Below, one piece after another: positions 1-7,945 of a DNA stretch of 61,485 nucleotides. Position numbers and translations under genes: made by a program. The stretch covers positions 1 to 61,485 of the forward strand of contig CAZCDM010000001.1 of NCBI GenBank assembly GCA_964497475.1, in the 5' to 3' direction. Numbering within the stretch: position 1 is the first letter of the stretch; each line of letters starts with the position of its first letter. This DNA comes from an uncultured Planctomycetaceae bacterium. Lineage in GTDB: Bacteria > Planctomycetota > Phycisphaerae > SM23-33. The notes beneath the pieces are model-generated. The model made no database searches. It saw nothing but the letters and a program-made list of their open reading frames with translations, and had not been told where the DNA came from.

Positions 1-224
1 ATTTCGAGTCGTGTTTTGTGAATCCTTAACCAAAGGCGAACAATTGCGTTTTTATGGAGTTCTAATCCAATGCTTGTTCAATGTGAATATGAGTTGCGCA
101 TAGTGTCTCTCGCTGAGCATGGTCAACTGAGATATCCTGCCATGCGTTCAATCAGAACTGTGGCCGCAGCGCGTGTTGTGGCAACCCAATTCGAACCCGT
201 TGGAAAGCCTTGAAAGGAAACACC

Positions 225-596
225 ATGAGTGACACGATGGAAGAAAATGCAGTGAACCAGGACGTAGTAGAAAACCAGGCCCGCGAGCAGACCGGCCAGC
301 AGCAGGTCCGTCTTCGCATGGATGAGCGGGATATGACCACCAGCTACGCCAACGCGTTCCGCACGAACGGCACGGCTGAAGAAGTCATGCTGGACTTCGG
401 GCTGAACCTGGTGTCCCCGGCCGCCGGTCAGCAGGACCGCCCGGAGATTCTTTTCCAGGTCAAGAATCGCATCGTCATGAACTACTACTCGGCAAAGCGC
501 CTGGCCATTACGCTCGGCCAGCTGATCCGTCGTCACGAAGAGCAGTTCGGCGAGCTGGAACTGGACATGCGGAAGCGTCAACAGGCCGGCGAATAA
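225..596 (+). CDS. Small DUF3467-like protein (123 aa from ATG 225; the ORF track starts it at TTG 210)
   Basis: ORF track 210..596 (+). ATG 225 lies just downstream of AAGGAAA (214-220), so I prefer it to TTG 210. The C-terminal half (YANAFRTNGTAEEVMLDFG ... RIVMNYYSAKRLAITLGQLIRRHEEQFGEL) matches my memory of the DUF3467 (PF11950) signature. Not verified by a search. Confidence 0.75.
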   Translation: MSDTMEENAVNQDVVENQAREQTGQQQVRLRMDERDMTTSYANAFRTNGTAEEVMLDFGLNLVSPAAGQQDRPEILFQVKNRIVMNYYSAKRLAITLGQLIRRHEEQFGELELDMRKRQQAGE

Positions 597-640
597 GCAT
601 CTCATTCCATGATGCAGATTGACTTCGGGTCAGGTCCTCG

Positions 641-659
641 CGGGCTTGGCCCGTTTTTT
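641..659 (+). terminator. Possible weak rho-independent terminator after the DUF3467-like gene
   Basis: Hairpin CGGGC (641-645) - TTG - GCCCG (649-653) followed directly by TTTTTT (654-659), about 45 nt after the stop at 594-596. The stem is only 5 bp with a 3-nt loop, so support is weak. Confidence 0.35.
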
Positions 660-838
660 CTCCCTTCGTGCGATACGTCACACGACTCATCTTAGCATGA
701 TCTTAACCTCGCATTAGCACCTAAATTGCAAAAGCGATTTATGATGGTTGTCCGCGACTGGCCGAGCTGAGCAAAGAGAATTTTCGCTTGATCGTCCGGA
801 AGCACCCCCCACCCCCCACGCCGCAGGCTGAGAGAACG

Positions 839-2734
839 ATGCAAGAAACAAGCTACATCTCGTCGTCCCCTGGTTTGAAGTCTGCCCCGTCGGCCTCGAA
901 GCCGGGCGCATTGATCCGCCGGCTGATTCAGTTCGAGGGCTCGGCCGAGTCATATGTGCCTGTCTGGCTGGAAGCGCAGTGCTCCTTTGCCGGCGCGTCT
1001 GCCGGTGCGCTGCTCAGCAGCGATGGCAGTGGTCAACTCGTGCCCCTTGCAATGCACCCGGCGCCGCAGGGGGAGAATCCTTCGCTGCCGGAGTGGCTGG
1101 CCCGCGGGGCGGCCGTGGCTTTGCAGGCGGCCCATACCGGCCAGGCTCGGCGGATTCCGCTGCCCGGGCGTGACGAGGATTTCTATGCCCAGGCCGGCCA
1201 GCGCTGTGCTATCATCGTGCCGATCTATTCCGAGCTGGGCGCATCTGGCGCGGGCGTTTACGACGTTACCGCCGCCGGGCCCGAGGAACTCAATCTCGCA
1301 CAAGAACGACTCGAACTGACCAGCACGTTTCCCTCGCGGCATGCGATGCGGTTGAAGCTTGACCGCCGCCAGCAGGACCTCGAAGCCCTCCAGGCCGCGA
1401 TGGAAACTCTCACCGCCCTGAACTCCTGCAAGCGGTTCCAGGCTGCCGCGATGGCCCTTTGCAATGAGCTGACTGCCCGGTTCCACAGCGAGCATGTCGG
1501 CCTGGGGATGCTTCGCGGGCGGTACGTGCATCTCAAAACGCTTAGCCATACTGAAGAATTCAGCCGCAAGATGAAAATCGTCCAGCACATGGAAGCGGCG
1601 ATGGAGGAGTGCTTCGACCAGGACCTTGAAATCGTTTATCCCCCGGACGACGAGGCGACCTACACCAGCCGGGCCACGCGAGACCTCTCGAAGAAAGAAG
1701 GTCCGTCCTCGATTCTTTCATTGCCTATCCGCTACGAGAAGGAGGTGGTCGGCGTATTGACGCTTACGCGTTCGGCCGAGGATCCCTGGCAGCATAACGA
1801 GATGGAAACCCTCCGGCTAACCTGCGACCTGATGGCCGCCCGGTTGGTCGAAATATATCAGCGTGACCGCTGGTTTGGCGCCCGCCTGGCCAACTGGATA
1901 AAAAAGGGCCTTGCGATGGTGCTCAGCCCTCGCCATACCTGGGCGAAGCTTGCCGCCATTGGGATTGTGGGGTTTGTACTGTTTGCATTGTTGGTGAAAG
2001 GGGAGGATTATGTCCAGTCATCATTCTCGCTGGATGCGACGCAGCGGCAAGTGGTAGCGGCCGGGCTGAACACCCGGCTGGACAGTATCCGCGCGGAGGT
2101 CGGCCAAGAGGTCAAGGCAGGGCAGACCCTGGCCACGCTGGACGTGATCGATCTTGAACTCGAGCGGGGCCGACTCCAAGCCGAGCGGCTTGGCTACCTC
2201 ACCGAGGCCGCCATTGCCCGCAAGGAGGGCGAGCACGCCAAGGCAGACATCGCCAACGCCAAGGCTGCCCAAGCCCAGGCTGAGCTGAAGCAGATCGCAT
2301 ACAAAATTTCCCTTGGCAAGTTACAAGCTCCGCTTGACGGAACGATCGTCACGGGCGACCTGCATCGCAGGCTTAACTCCGATGTGCAACGGGGGGATGT
2401 TCTTTACGAGATCGCGCCACTGCAGTCGCTTCGGGCGGATTTGCTCGTGCCAGAGGATCGCATTGTGGATGTCCGCCTTGGGATGAAGGGCGAGCTGGCA
2501 ACGGCCTCGTATCCGGATCGCAAGGTCGGCTTCACCGTCGAGCGGATCAATCCCGAAGCCGAGGCCATCAATCAGGACAACGTCTTCCGCGTGCGTGTTC
2601 GCCTGGATTTGATCCAGCCCTGGATGCGGCCTGGCATGGAGGGCGTGGCGCGGATTCATGTCGGTCGCAGCCCCTATGCCTGGCTGTGGACACGCCGGCT
2701 GGTCAACTGGGTTCGCATGAAGCTCTGGATTTGA
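839..2734 (+). CDS. GAF-domain / HlyD-family membrane-fusion (periplasmic adaptor) protein, 631 aa from ATG 839
   Basis: ORF track 788..2734 (TTG start); the first in-frame ATG is 839. The central region is GAF-like (ILSLPIRYEKEVVGVLTLTRS ... ETLRLTCDLMAARL). There is one TM helix (WAKLAAIGIVGFVLFALLV, about 1941-2000). A HlyD module follows: lipoyl-like half motifs (VKAGQTLATLD ... LQAPLDGTIVTGD), an Ala/Gln/Lys-rich coiled-coil hairpin and a beta-barrel tail (VFRVRVRLD). Confidence 0.8.
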   Translation: MQETSYISSSPGLKSAPSASKPGALIRRLIQFEGSAESYVPVWLEAQCSFAGASAGALLSSDGSGQLVPLAMHPAPQGENPSLPEWLARGAAVALQAAHTGQARRIPLPGRDEDFYAQAGQRCAIIVPIYSELGASGAGVYDVTAAGPEELNLAQERLELTSTFPSRHAMRLKLDRRQQDLEALQAAMETLTALNSCKRFQAAAMALCNELTARFHSEHVGLGMLRGRYVHLKTLSHTEEFSRKMKIVQHMEAAMEECFDQDLEIVYPPDDEATYTSRATRDLSKKEGPSSILSLPIRYEKEVVGVLTLTRSAEDPWQHNEMETLRLTCDLMAARLVEIYQRDRWFGARLANWIKKGLAMVLSPRHTWAKLAAIGIVGFVLFALLVKGEDYVQSSFSLDATQRQVVAAGLNTRLDSIRAEVGQEVKAGQTLATLDVIDLELERGRLQAERLGYLTEAAIARKEGEHAKADIANAKAAQAQAELKQIAYKISLGKLQAPLDGTIVTGDLHRRLNSDVQRGDVLYEIAPLQSLRADLLVPEDRIVDVRLGMKGELATASYPDRKVGFTVERINPEAEAINQDNVFRVRVRLDLIQPWMRPGMEGVARIHVGRSPYAWLWTRRLVNWVRMKLWI

Positions 2735-2740
2735 TCGATC

Positions 2741-4924
2741 ATGGTTGATCGCCCGACATTCAGCGAGTCGTGGTATCGCGTGGCGCATCTACGCCCTCGG
2801 CTTCGACCGACGGTGCATTTTTATCGGCAGCATTATCGCGGGCGAATGTGGCATGTGCTGGAGGATCGCTCCTCCCATCGCTATCTTCGACTGGACTGGC
2901 CGGCCTATCGATTCGTCTCGCTGTTGGACGGGCAGCGAACCCTCGAACAGGCCTGGCAGCTCTGCATCGAAGAACTCGGCGACGAGGCCAACACGCAGGG
3001 CGAAGTCATCCAGCAGCTCGGCCAGCTCTACGCATACAACCTCCTGCAGAGCGATACCGTGCCCGATATCGACGGCATGTTCAAACGCCGCCAGAAACGT
3101 GTCCATCGCGAGGTACGCAGCCAGCTTGCCAGCCTGATGTTCTTCCGCCTGCCCCTGTGGGATCCCGATGCCTTTCTCGACGCGATTCTTCCGCTGTTCG
3201 GCTGGCTGTGGTCGTGGCTTGGGCTTGTGCTCTGGCTGGGGCTTGTCTCGACCGGGCTGTACTACGTCATCGACCAGTGGGGCCACCTGTCAGACAAAAC
3301 ACAGTCCATTCTCGATCCGGAGAACATTCCTCTGCTGTATCTGTCTTTCGCGATCGTCAAGGTGTTGCACGAGTTCGGCCATGCCTTGTCCTGCAAAAAA
3401 TTCGGTCAGCAGGAAGGCTCCGGCGGCGAGGTACACACCATGGGCGTGATGCTTCTGGTTCTCACTCCCATGCCCTATGTCGATACATCCAGTGCCTGGG
3501 CGCTGCGAAACAAGTGGCATCGCCTGACGATCGGTGCTAGCGGCATGCTCGTTGAGTTGGGCGTAGCGGCCGTTGCGGCCATCATCTGGGCGCACACCTC
3601 TCAGTTCACCGTGGTGCGGGGCATTTGCTATAACGTCATGTTCATCGCCAGTGTCTCGACTCTGCTGTTCAACGCCAACCCGCTGCTTCGCTATGACGGG
3701 TACTACGTCATCTCTGATCTGCTGGAGATTCCCAACTTTGCCCAGCGCAGTCGGGAGTACGTCATTTACCGCGTCAAGCGATATGCATGGGGTCTCAAAC
3801 GCCTGGCCTGCCCGGCTCACTCCTTCGGCGAGCGGGTCTGGATGAGTTTCTACGGCCCGGCGTCGGTGGTCTATCGCGTGGTGATCCTCGTTACGATTCT
3901 GCTGTTTCTCACCGACCGGCTGCCCAAGCCGCTGCTGGTCATCGGTATCCTGATGATGTTTGTCAGCATGTTCATGTGGCTTTGCATGCCCCTGCTGAAA
4001 TTCCTCAAATACCTCTTCACCAGCCCCGAGCTGGCACGCGTTCGAACTCGGGCGATGCTCTCGACTGGTCTGTTTGCCAGTGGAGTGATCTACCTGATCG
4101 CCGGGGTCGAATTGCCCAACCGGACACGCCTGGCGGGCATTACTGAGCCGGTGGAGTCCACCGTGATCTATGCAGCCGAGGACGGCTTCCTCGACGACTG
4201 CCTCCCGCATGGCCAGATCGTCGACCAGCCGGGATCGGTTCTGGTGGATTGCCGCAACCAGGAACTCGCCTTGCAGGCTCAGCAGATTCAGCTGCAGCAG
4301 GAGATGGTTGACTGCCAGATTCGCCTCCACCGAGAGCAACGCAAACCGGCCCTGGTCCAGGCCTTCCTCCATCAGAAGCAGGTTCTCGACCGGCAACGAA
4401 ACAGGCTGAACGAACGAACTGAGCGCCTGGACCGCCGGGCGGACCATGAAGGCATTTGGCTGGCACGCAAGCTTGATGCATCACGCGGCGCACTGCTGCC
4501 TCGCGGCGCGGAACTCGGTCAGTTGATCCGCCTCGAGAATATCCGAGTGCGCGTAGCGGCCTCCCAGGACGTCGCTGCGCAGCTCGTCGCCCAGGCCCGG
4601 CCCGACGTGGCAATCCGTCTCAAGGGGCGACCCGACGTTGAATTCGCCGGGCGGATTGAGAAGATTCTTCCCGCCGGGCACAAGCAGCTGCCCGCCCAGG
4701 CCTTGTCCTATGGAGCCGGCGGATCGATTCGAACCAACCCCCAGAAGCCCGAAGAGGCAGCCGAGAACCTCTTCGAGGTCTGGATTACCGTGACCGCCCC
4801 ACCGGCCGAACACCTGCTCAGCAAGCAGCGGGTCATCGTCCGGTTCGATCTTGGTGATCAGTCGCTTACGAGGCAGATGTGGCTGAAGGCGAGACGGATT
4901 TTCCAGCGACGGTTCGGGGTGTAA
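2741..4924 (+). CDS. M50 (site-2-protease-like) zinc metalloprotease fused to a C-terminal HlyD-like periplasmic module; N-terminus PqqD/RRE-like
   Basis: ATG 2741 is 6 nt after the previous stop. The HEFGH zinc motif (3368-3382) sits in a polytopic membrane region. The first ~100 aa have a three-strand plus three-helix pattern (HFYRQHYRGRMWHVLEDRSSHRYLRLD / YRFVSLLDGQRTLEQAWQLCIEELG ... VIQQLGQLYAYNLL) reminiscent of PqqD. The last ~250 aa are HlyD-like (coiled coil QELALQAQQIQLQQEMVDCQIRLHREQ, then a beta-barrel). Confidence 0.85.
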   Translation: MVDRPTFSESWYRVAHLRPRLRPTVHFYRQHYRGRMWHVLEDRSSHRYLRLDWPAYRFVSLLDGQRTLEQAWQLCIEELGDEANTQGEVIQQLGQLYAYNLLQSDTVPDIDGMFKRRQKRVHREVRSQLASLMFFRLPLWDPDAFLDAILPLFGWLWSWLGLVLWLGLVSTGLYYVIDQWGHLSDKTQSILDPENIPLLYLSFAIVKVLHEFGHALSCKKFGQQEGSGGEVHTMGVMLLVLTPMPYVDTSSAWALRNKWHRLTIGASGMLVELGVAAVAAIIWAHTSQFTVVRGICYNVMFIASVSTLLFNANPLLRYDGYYVISDLLEIPNFAQRSREYVIYRVKRYAWGLKRLACPAHSFGERVWMSFYGPASVVYRVVILVTILLFLTDRLPKPLLVIGILMMFVSMFMWLCMPLLKFLKYLFTSPELARVRTRAMLSTGLFASGVIYLIAGVELPNRTRLAGITEPVESTVIYAAEDGFLDDCLPHGQIVDQPGSVLVDCRNQELALQAQQIQLQQEMVDCQIRLHREQRKPALVQAFLHQKQVLDRQRNRLNERTERLDRRADHEGIWLARKLDASRGALLPRGAELGQLIRLENIRVRVAASQDVAAQLVAQARPDVAIRLKGRPDVEFAGRIEKILPAGHKQLPAQALSYGAGGSIRTNPQKPEEAAENLFEVWITVTAPPAEHLLSKQRVIVRFDLGDQSLTRQMWLKARRIFQRRFGV

Positions 4925-4925
4925 G

Positions 4926-6911
4926 ATGGCATCCTCCGCCAGCGCCATTTGGAGAACCCTCAGCTACGACACTCGGCAGGAACCGCTGCCCAAGGGCATT
5001 GATGCGATCTGGGATCGACTGGATGGCTTGGCACGGAGGTTGATCCGCAGGCGGCAGAGCTGTCTGGTCCGGGCCGATAAGGTCCTCCGGCTGGAAAAGG
5101 AGTTCACCGAACTCACCGATGCACGTCTACACGAGGTCTGCGAGGATCTGCGTGATCGGTTCCTCCGGGGCCGGGAGACCGCCGGCGATATGATCCGCGC
5201 CTTCGCGATGATTCGTGAGGTGGCCTTCCGGCAGTTGGGGATGCGACATTACCGGGTGCAGCTGGCAGGGGGGTTCTCCCTGGTCGATGGCTGCATTACG
5301 GAGATGGCCACCGGGGAGGGCAAGACCCTCACGGCTACGCTGGCTGCGGTTGTGGCTGGCTGGCGAGGTCGGGGCTGTCACGTCATGACCGTCAACGATT
5401 ACCTGGCCGAACGCGACGCGGAGGACATGTCGCCAGTCTACAAGGCCTGCGGGTTGAGTGTGGCTTTCATCGGCGGCGAAACGCCTCAGCCCCAACGTCG
5501 CGAAGGATATCTCGCCGATGTGACCTACCTGACGAACAAGGAGGTTGCCGCCGACTTTCTTCGCGATCGACTGGCGCTGGGCTCGATGCGTTCGCTCTCC
5601 TCGGCCTTGCTGGCCAAGCGGGTCCACGGCAGGGGCTCGGGCACGGACAAACTTGTCCAGCGCGGGCTGCACTATGCGATTGTCGACGAGGCCGACTCCG
5701 TCCTTATCGACGAGGCCGTCACCCCCTTGATCATCTCAGGGCAGGCATCCAACCCCGTCCAAGTCGAAGCATTTGAGCAGGCCGCCCATTGGGCGACCCG
5801 GCTGGATCCCGGGCGACACTATCGGGTCAACCGAAAATATCACGAGGTGACGCTCACCTCGGCTGGACAGGAAGTCCTCCGCCGCTGGGGCCAGGCCGCC
5901 GGGGGCATCTGGACCGGGTCTCGCCGGCGCGAAGAACTGATGATCCAGGCCATCACCGCCCGCGAGCTGTACGTCCGAGGCCAGCAGTACATCGTTCAGG
6001 ACGACGCGGTGGTGATCGTGGATGAATTTACCGGCCGACTCATGCCCGACCGTGAATGGCGCGACGGTCTCCACCAGGCCGTCAGCGCCAAGGAAGGCCT
6101 GGAAATCGAACCACCCAAGGCGACTTATGCCCGCATCAGCTTCCAGCGGTTTTTCCGCATGTACCGCCAACTCAGCGGAATGACGGGAACCGGTCGGGAA
6201 GCCATAAGCGAATTTTGGCAGATTTACCATCTGCCCATCGTGGAAATTCCCACCAACCGCCCATGCCTCCGGAAACATCTGCCAGACAGAGTCTTCCCGA
6301 CCCAGCGGGCAAAGTACCAGGCCATTGCCGAGGAAATTCAGACGGTTCACCAGACGCAGCGGCCGATTCTGGTCGGTACCCGAAACGTCAAGGATAGTGA
6401 ATATCTCAGCAACCTGTTGCATGAAAAAGGTCTCGAACATGAAGTGCTCAATGCGGTTTACCACAAAGAAGAGGCACAGATCGTCTCCCGGGCGGGGCAA
6501 CCTGGGGCGGTCACCGTGGCGACCAACATGGCCGGGCGGGGGACTGACATCAAGCTTGGGCGGGGCATCAAAGATATAGGCGGCCTGCACGTAGTTGCGT
6601 GCGAACGGCACGAGTCACCTCGCGTCGACCGGCAGCTCTACGGCCGGGCCGGGCGGCAGGGTGATCCTGGGAGCTGTCAGGCCTGGGTCAGCCTCGAGGA
6701 CGATCTCGTTCAGCGACATGCCGCGAAGCAGGTTCGCATGATGCAGCAATTCCATCGTGGCGGAGAAAAGTCCATCGCATCAGCCGTTACGAGGCAGTTG
6801 TGGGATCAGGCGCAGTCCAGAGCGACCCGGATGGCATTGCGACAACGAAAGTCTGTTCTGGAAACCGATAACTGGCTTGACGAATATCTCGGTTTTGCCG
6901 GTATGGAATAA
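4926..6911 (+). CDS. SecA-like DEAD-motor ATPase, C-terminally truncated paralogue (661 aa)
   Basis: ATG 4926 is 1 nt after the previous stop. SecA motor motifs occur in canonical order: Walker A MATGEGKT (5304-5327), VNDYLAERD, IVDEADSVLIDEAVTPLIISG (DEAD 5685-5696), FQRFFRMYRQLSGMTGT, VATNMAGRGTDIKLG, ERHESPRVDRQLYGRAGRQGDPG. The protein ends about 70 aa after the GRQGDPG motif. Confidence 0.9.
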   Translation: MASSASAIWRTLSYDTRQEPLPKGIDAIWDRLDGLARRLIRRRQSCLVRADKVLRLEKEFTELTDARLHEVCEDLRDRFLRGRETAGDMIRAFAMIREVAFRQLGMRHYRVQLAGGFSLVDGCITEMATGEGKTLTATLAAVVAGWRGRGCHVMTVNDYLAERDAEDMSPVYKACGLSVAFIGGETPQPQRREGYLADVTYLTNKEVAADFLRDRLALGSMRSLSSALLAKRVHGRGSGTDKLVQRGLHYAIVDEADSVLIDEAVTPLIISGQASNPVQVEAFEQAAHWATRLDPGRHYRVNRKYHEVTLTSAGQEVLRRWGQAAGGIWTGSRRREELMIQAITARELYVRGQQYIVQDDAVVIVDEFTGRLMPDREWRDGLHQAVSAKEGLEIEPPKATYARISFQRFFRMYRQLSGMTGTGREAISEFWQIYHLPIVEIPTNRPCLRKHLPDRVFPTQRAKYQAIAEEIQTVHQTQRPILVGTRNVKDSEYLSNLLHEKGLEHEVLNAVYHKEEAQIVSRAGQPGAVTVATNMAGRGTDIKLGRGIKDIGGLHVVACERHESPRVDRQLYGRAGRQGDPGSCQAWVSLEDDLVQRHAAKQVRMMQQFHRGGEKSIASAVTRQLWDQAQSRATRMALRQRKSVLETDNWLDEYLGFAGME

Positions 6912-6937
6912 TCAGCATTGGAAAGGACGTTATCAAA

Positions 6938-7945
6938 ATGAAATATCTGGTATGGGCGATACTGGTACTTTTTTTTATGCAGTATGCATCTGTTCGAGCG
7001 GATTCGAGAGAGGCTGCGTATACCGGCCTGACCCAGCCATCGAAGGAGGTCATGATTGGGTTTCTTCAGCCTGGCCGAGTAAAACAGGTTCTTGTCAAGG
7101 AAGGGCAGAGGGTCAAGGAAAAACAGGAACTGATTCATCTCGATGATTCGGTAGATCGTGTGATGCTTAAGCAATTGGAGATGCGAGCAGCCAATAATAC
7201 GCGCATTGAAGCCGCCCAAGCGGAGCTCAATCAGAAAATGGTGGATCTCAATCGTGTCGAGATGCTTCGTAAGCGGGGGGTAGCGACCGTCACGGAATTG
7301 GAGCATGCCAAGCTCAATAGAACGGTCGCTTCCTTGTCAGTCGATCTGGCAAAGTTCGAACAGAAACAGGCAGAACTGAAGCACGAGGAACTTAAGACAC
7401 AATTGGAGCAGATGGTTTTGGTCAGCCCGATTAACGGGGTTGTCGAAGCCATAGCCGTAGACAAAGGCGAACCAGTTGACCGGCTGGAAAAAGTTGTCCA
7501 TATCGTGGAGATTGATCCGTTGTGGATCAGTGTTCGGATCCCGCTTGCTGAGGCGCAGAAAATCCCTCTCGGCCGAAAGGTCGATGTTCGGTTTCCAGGC
7601 TTGGGACATAAGCAGATTCAAGGCAAGGTAGTTCATAAGCCCGCTGTCGGTGACTCAGCTAGTGGTACTCTTGAACTCCGCATCGAGGTCGCGAATCCTG
7701 ATGACAGGCCAGCCGGTCAGGAGGTCTGGGTGAGCATTCCCGATCTCAAGCCGTCGGCCCCTGCTCGCAATGTGCCAGTCAAAGCCCAAGAAGATACGCA
7801 GATGGAGAATGAGAAGGAGCAGGGGAGTCTTACTGAGGATCGGGATGAGTCCGACACGCCTGGCTTGTCCGAAATGCGCCAAGCACAGCCATGCGTTCAA
7901 GGGAAAGTGCGGGCTATTGACGAGAGTTCAAGTGCCAGCAGTTGA
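6938..7945 (+). CDS. Secreted HlyD-like (barrel-sandwich / coiled-coil / beta-barrel) adaptor protein, 335 aa
   Basis: ATG 6938 with AAGGA at 6923-6927. Signal peptide MKYLVWAILVLFFMQYASVRA. Lipoyl-like motifs (GRVKQVLVKEGQRVKEKQELIHLDD ... SPINGVVEAIAVDKGEPV) flank a coiled coil, followed by a beta-barrel (KVDVRFPG ... LELRIEVANPD) and an acidic tail. GC is clearly lower than in the three genes upstream. Confidence 0.75.
   Translation: MKYLVWAILVLFFMQYASVRADSREAAYTGLTQPSKEVMIGFLQPGRVKQVLVKEGQRVKEKQELIHLDDSVDRVMLKQLEMRAANNTRIEAAQAELNQKMVDLNRVEMLRKRGVATVTELEHAKLNRTVASLSVDLAKFEQKQAELKHEELKTQLEQMVLVSPINGVVEAIAVDKGEPVDRLEKVVHIVEIDPLWISVRIPLAEAQKIPLGRKVDVRFPGLGHKQIQGKVVHKPAVGDSASGTLELRIEVANPDDRPAGQEVWVSIPDLKPSAPARNVPVKAQEDTQMENEKEQGSLTEDRDESDTPGLSEMRQAQPCVQGKVRAIDESSSASS

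Noticed and set aside
170-205. tRNA-like 'ttcgaac' / T-loop-like string near the window start
   Set aside because: The flanks (aacggg ttcgaat tgggtt on the minus strand) do not form a T-stem, and no acceptor or anticodon arms can be drawn.
123-605. Minus-strand ORF of 160 aa overlapping the DUF3467-like gene
   Set aside because: It lies fully antisense to a + ORF that has a plausible RBS and a recognisable family signature. Its own translation has no motif.
3290-4447. Minus-strand ORF of 385 aa inside the M50 gene (with similar cases at 950-1588 inside the GAF-HlyD gene and 5736-6611 inside the SecA-like gene)
   Set aside because: These are antisense to + genes that carry unambiguous catalytic motifs (HEFGH; the SecA Walker A, DEAD and other motor motifs). 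They have the typical shadow-ORF composition.
6806-7306. Minus-strand ORF of 166 aa spanning the SecA-like / HlyD-like gene junction
   Set aside because: It overlaps the 3' end and 5' end of two well-supported + genes and has no recognisable motif. It owes its length to the AT-richer but stop-poor local sequence.
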